Source of the DNA: an uncultured virus (IMG/VR IMGVR_UViG_3300011785_000001)
Taxonomy: Duplodnaviria; Heunggongvirae; Uroviricota; Caudoviricetes
DNA: 33,415 nt
IMG/VR virus record: IMGVR_UViG_3300011785_000001
Location: 62,001-95,415 of that record
Strand: one strand, 5' to 3'
Notes under the pieces: generated by a model
Seen by the model: the letters and a program-made list of their open reading frames with translations, nothing else
Database searches by the model: none
What the model was told of the DNA's origin: nothing
Made by a program: the position numbers and the translations under genes
Shown: positions 32,716 through 33,415 of the stretch, in pieces
How positions within the stretch are numbered: the stretch's first letter is position 1
Layout of the letters: each line of letters begins with the position of its first letter

Positions 32716-33245
32716 TTAGTTAATCAACCAATCTTCATCTAGAACATAACCTAGTTGCTCTAATACTTGTTGAACATCAGCACCAGCACGAGTGTTACCA
32801 CCAACATGCCAATCCGAGTAAGGCATGATTACTTGCCAATCGTTAGTAGCTAATGTTCCACCGAATGATTGGTTTGGAAGCATAGTTACACGAGCTTGTG
32901 TACTAAACAAAGCTGTACGACCACTCTTATCAATAATAGAGATAGCAAACAAACCTTGACCACGAAGGTTTTGTTTATCGTACTCGTAGATACGAGATAA
33001 GACATCATTAGAAGATGAAGTTTGTGCTAGGTGTAATGTAACCATAGCTGTTTCATCAATATNNNNNNNNNNNNNNNACCATCTGTACCTACTGAGTGTG
33101 TCCAAGCTGCTTCACCACGTTCAATGTCGATTGCTGTATCATCAGCATATCCTTCGACAACGTGAGTAACACCTGTTGCTGTGTGACTGATAACAGCTAA
33201 TACCTGAGAAGGTACTAAGCTACCAGCCTGACGACCATTTGCCAT
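32716..33245 (-). CDS. Major tail tube protein (one gene split by an N gap)
   Basis: MANGRQ...GYADDT...VGTDG [N gap] IDETAMVTLHLAQTSSSNDVL...IIDKSG; the two ORF-track pieces join across the Ns at 33063-33077. Confidence 0.8.
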
Positions 33246-33259
33246 TTATAATTCTCCTA

Positions 33260-33415
33260 TTAAGCGTAAACTGTACCGCGAATACCATCAACTTTCTGAA
33301 TAGCACCAGCAAGACGAGCTTCAAAAGTGATACCTGAAAGGATACGAGTATTACGAGTAGATGATGGAATGTTATTAGCGTTAGGGACAACTACACGGAT
33401 AGGGTCATCAGCAGT
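33260..33415 (-). CDS. Tail sheath protein C-terminus (partial, DUF3383-like)
   Basis: ...VVVPNANNIPSSTRNTRILSGITFEARLAGAIQKVDGIRGTVYA*. Confidence 0.85.
   Translation of the reverse strand, partial: TADDPIRVVVPNANNIPSSTRNTRILSGITFEARLAGAIQKVDGIRGTVYA

Noticed and set aside
33027..33105. Apparent frameshift or split of the tail tube gene
   Set aside because: Coincides with an N gap of uncertain length; assembly artefact

Overview
A 33.4-kb, AT-rich segment of a large virulent myovirus genome with FelixO1/PAK_P1-type gene order. The host is probably Acinetobacter, inferred from the style of the endolysin, tailspike and HTH_36 protein. All credible genes are on the minus strand. In transcription order (high to low coordinates) it contains: the tail sheath 3' end, three tail-tube paralogues, a tail chaperone with a likely -1 frameshift, tape measure, baseplate genes, two holin-like genes and a GH24 endolysin, and a beta-helix tailspike. 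Next comes an accessory block of an HTH_36 initiator-like gene, a cyclic-phosphate receiver-domain gene, small ORFs and a minimal PolA/T7-RNAP-like (TV-Pol-like) polymerase. The replication block follows: dCMP deaminase, primase-helicase, HNH-AP2 endonuclease, family A DNA polymerase, DUF3310, SSB, two tRNAs (Arg-UCU, Ile2/Met-CAU), 5'-3' exonuclease and a GIY-YIG endonuclease. The most notable signals concern replication initiation: (i) a lambda-ori-like array of four ~22-bp repeats plus an AT-rich tract inside the HTH_36 gene, with an exact 15-bp copy over that gene's own promoter; (ii) a TV-Pol-like enzyme next to a hairpin-rich non-coding stretch; (iii) a primase TOPRIM motif that has lost two canonical acidic residues. 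A promoter-to-terminator structured RNA upstream of the SSB gene is a candidate ncRNA. All calls come from reading motifs by eye; no searches were run.
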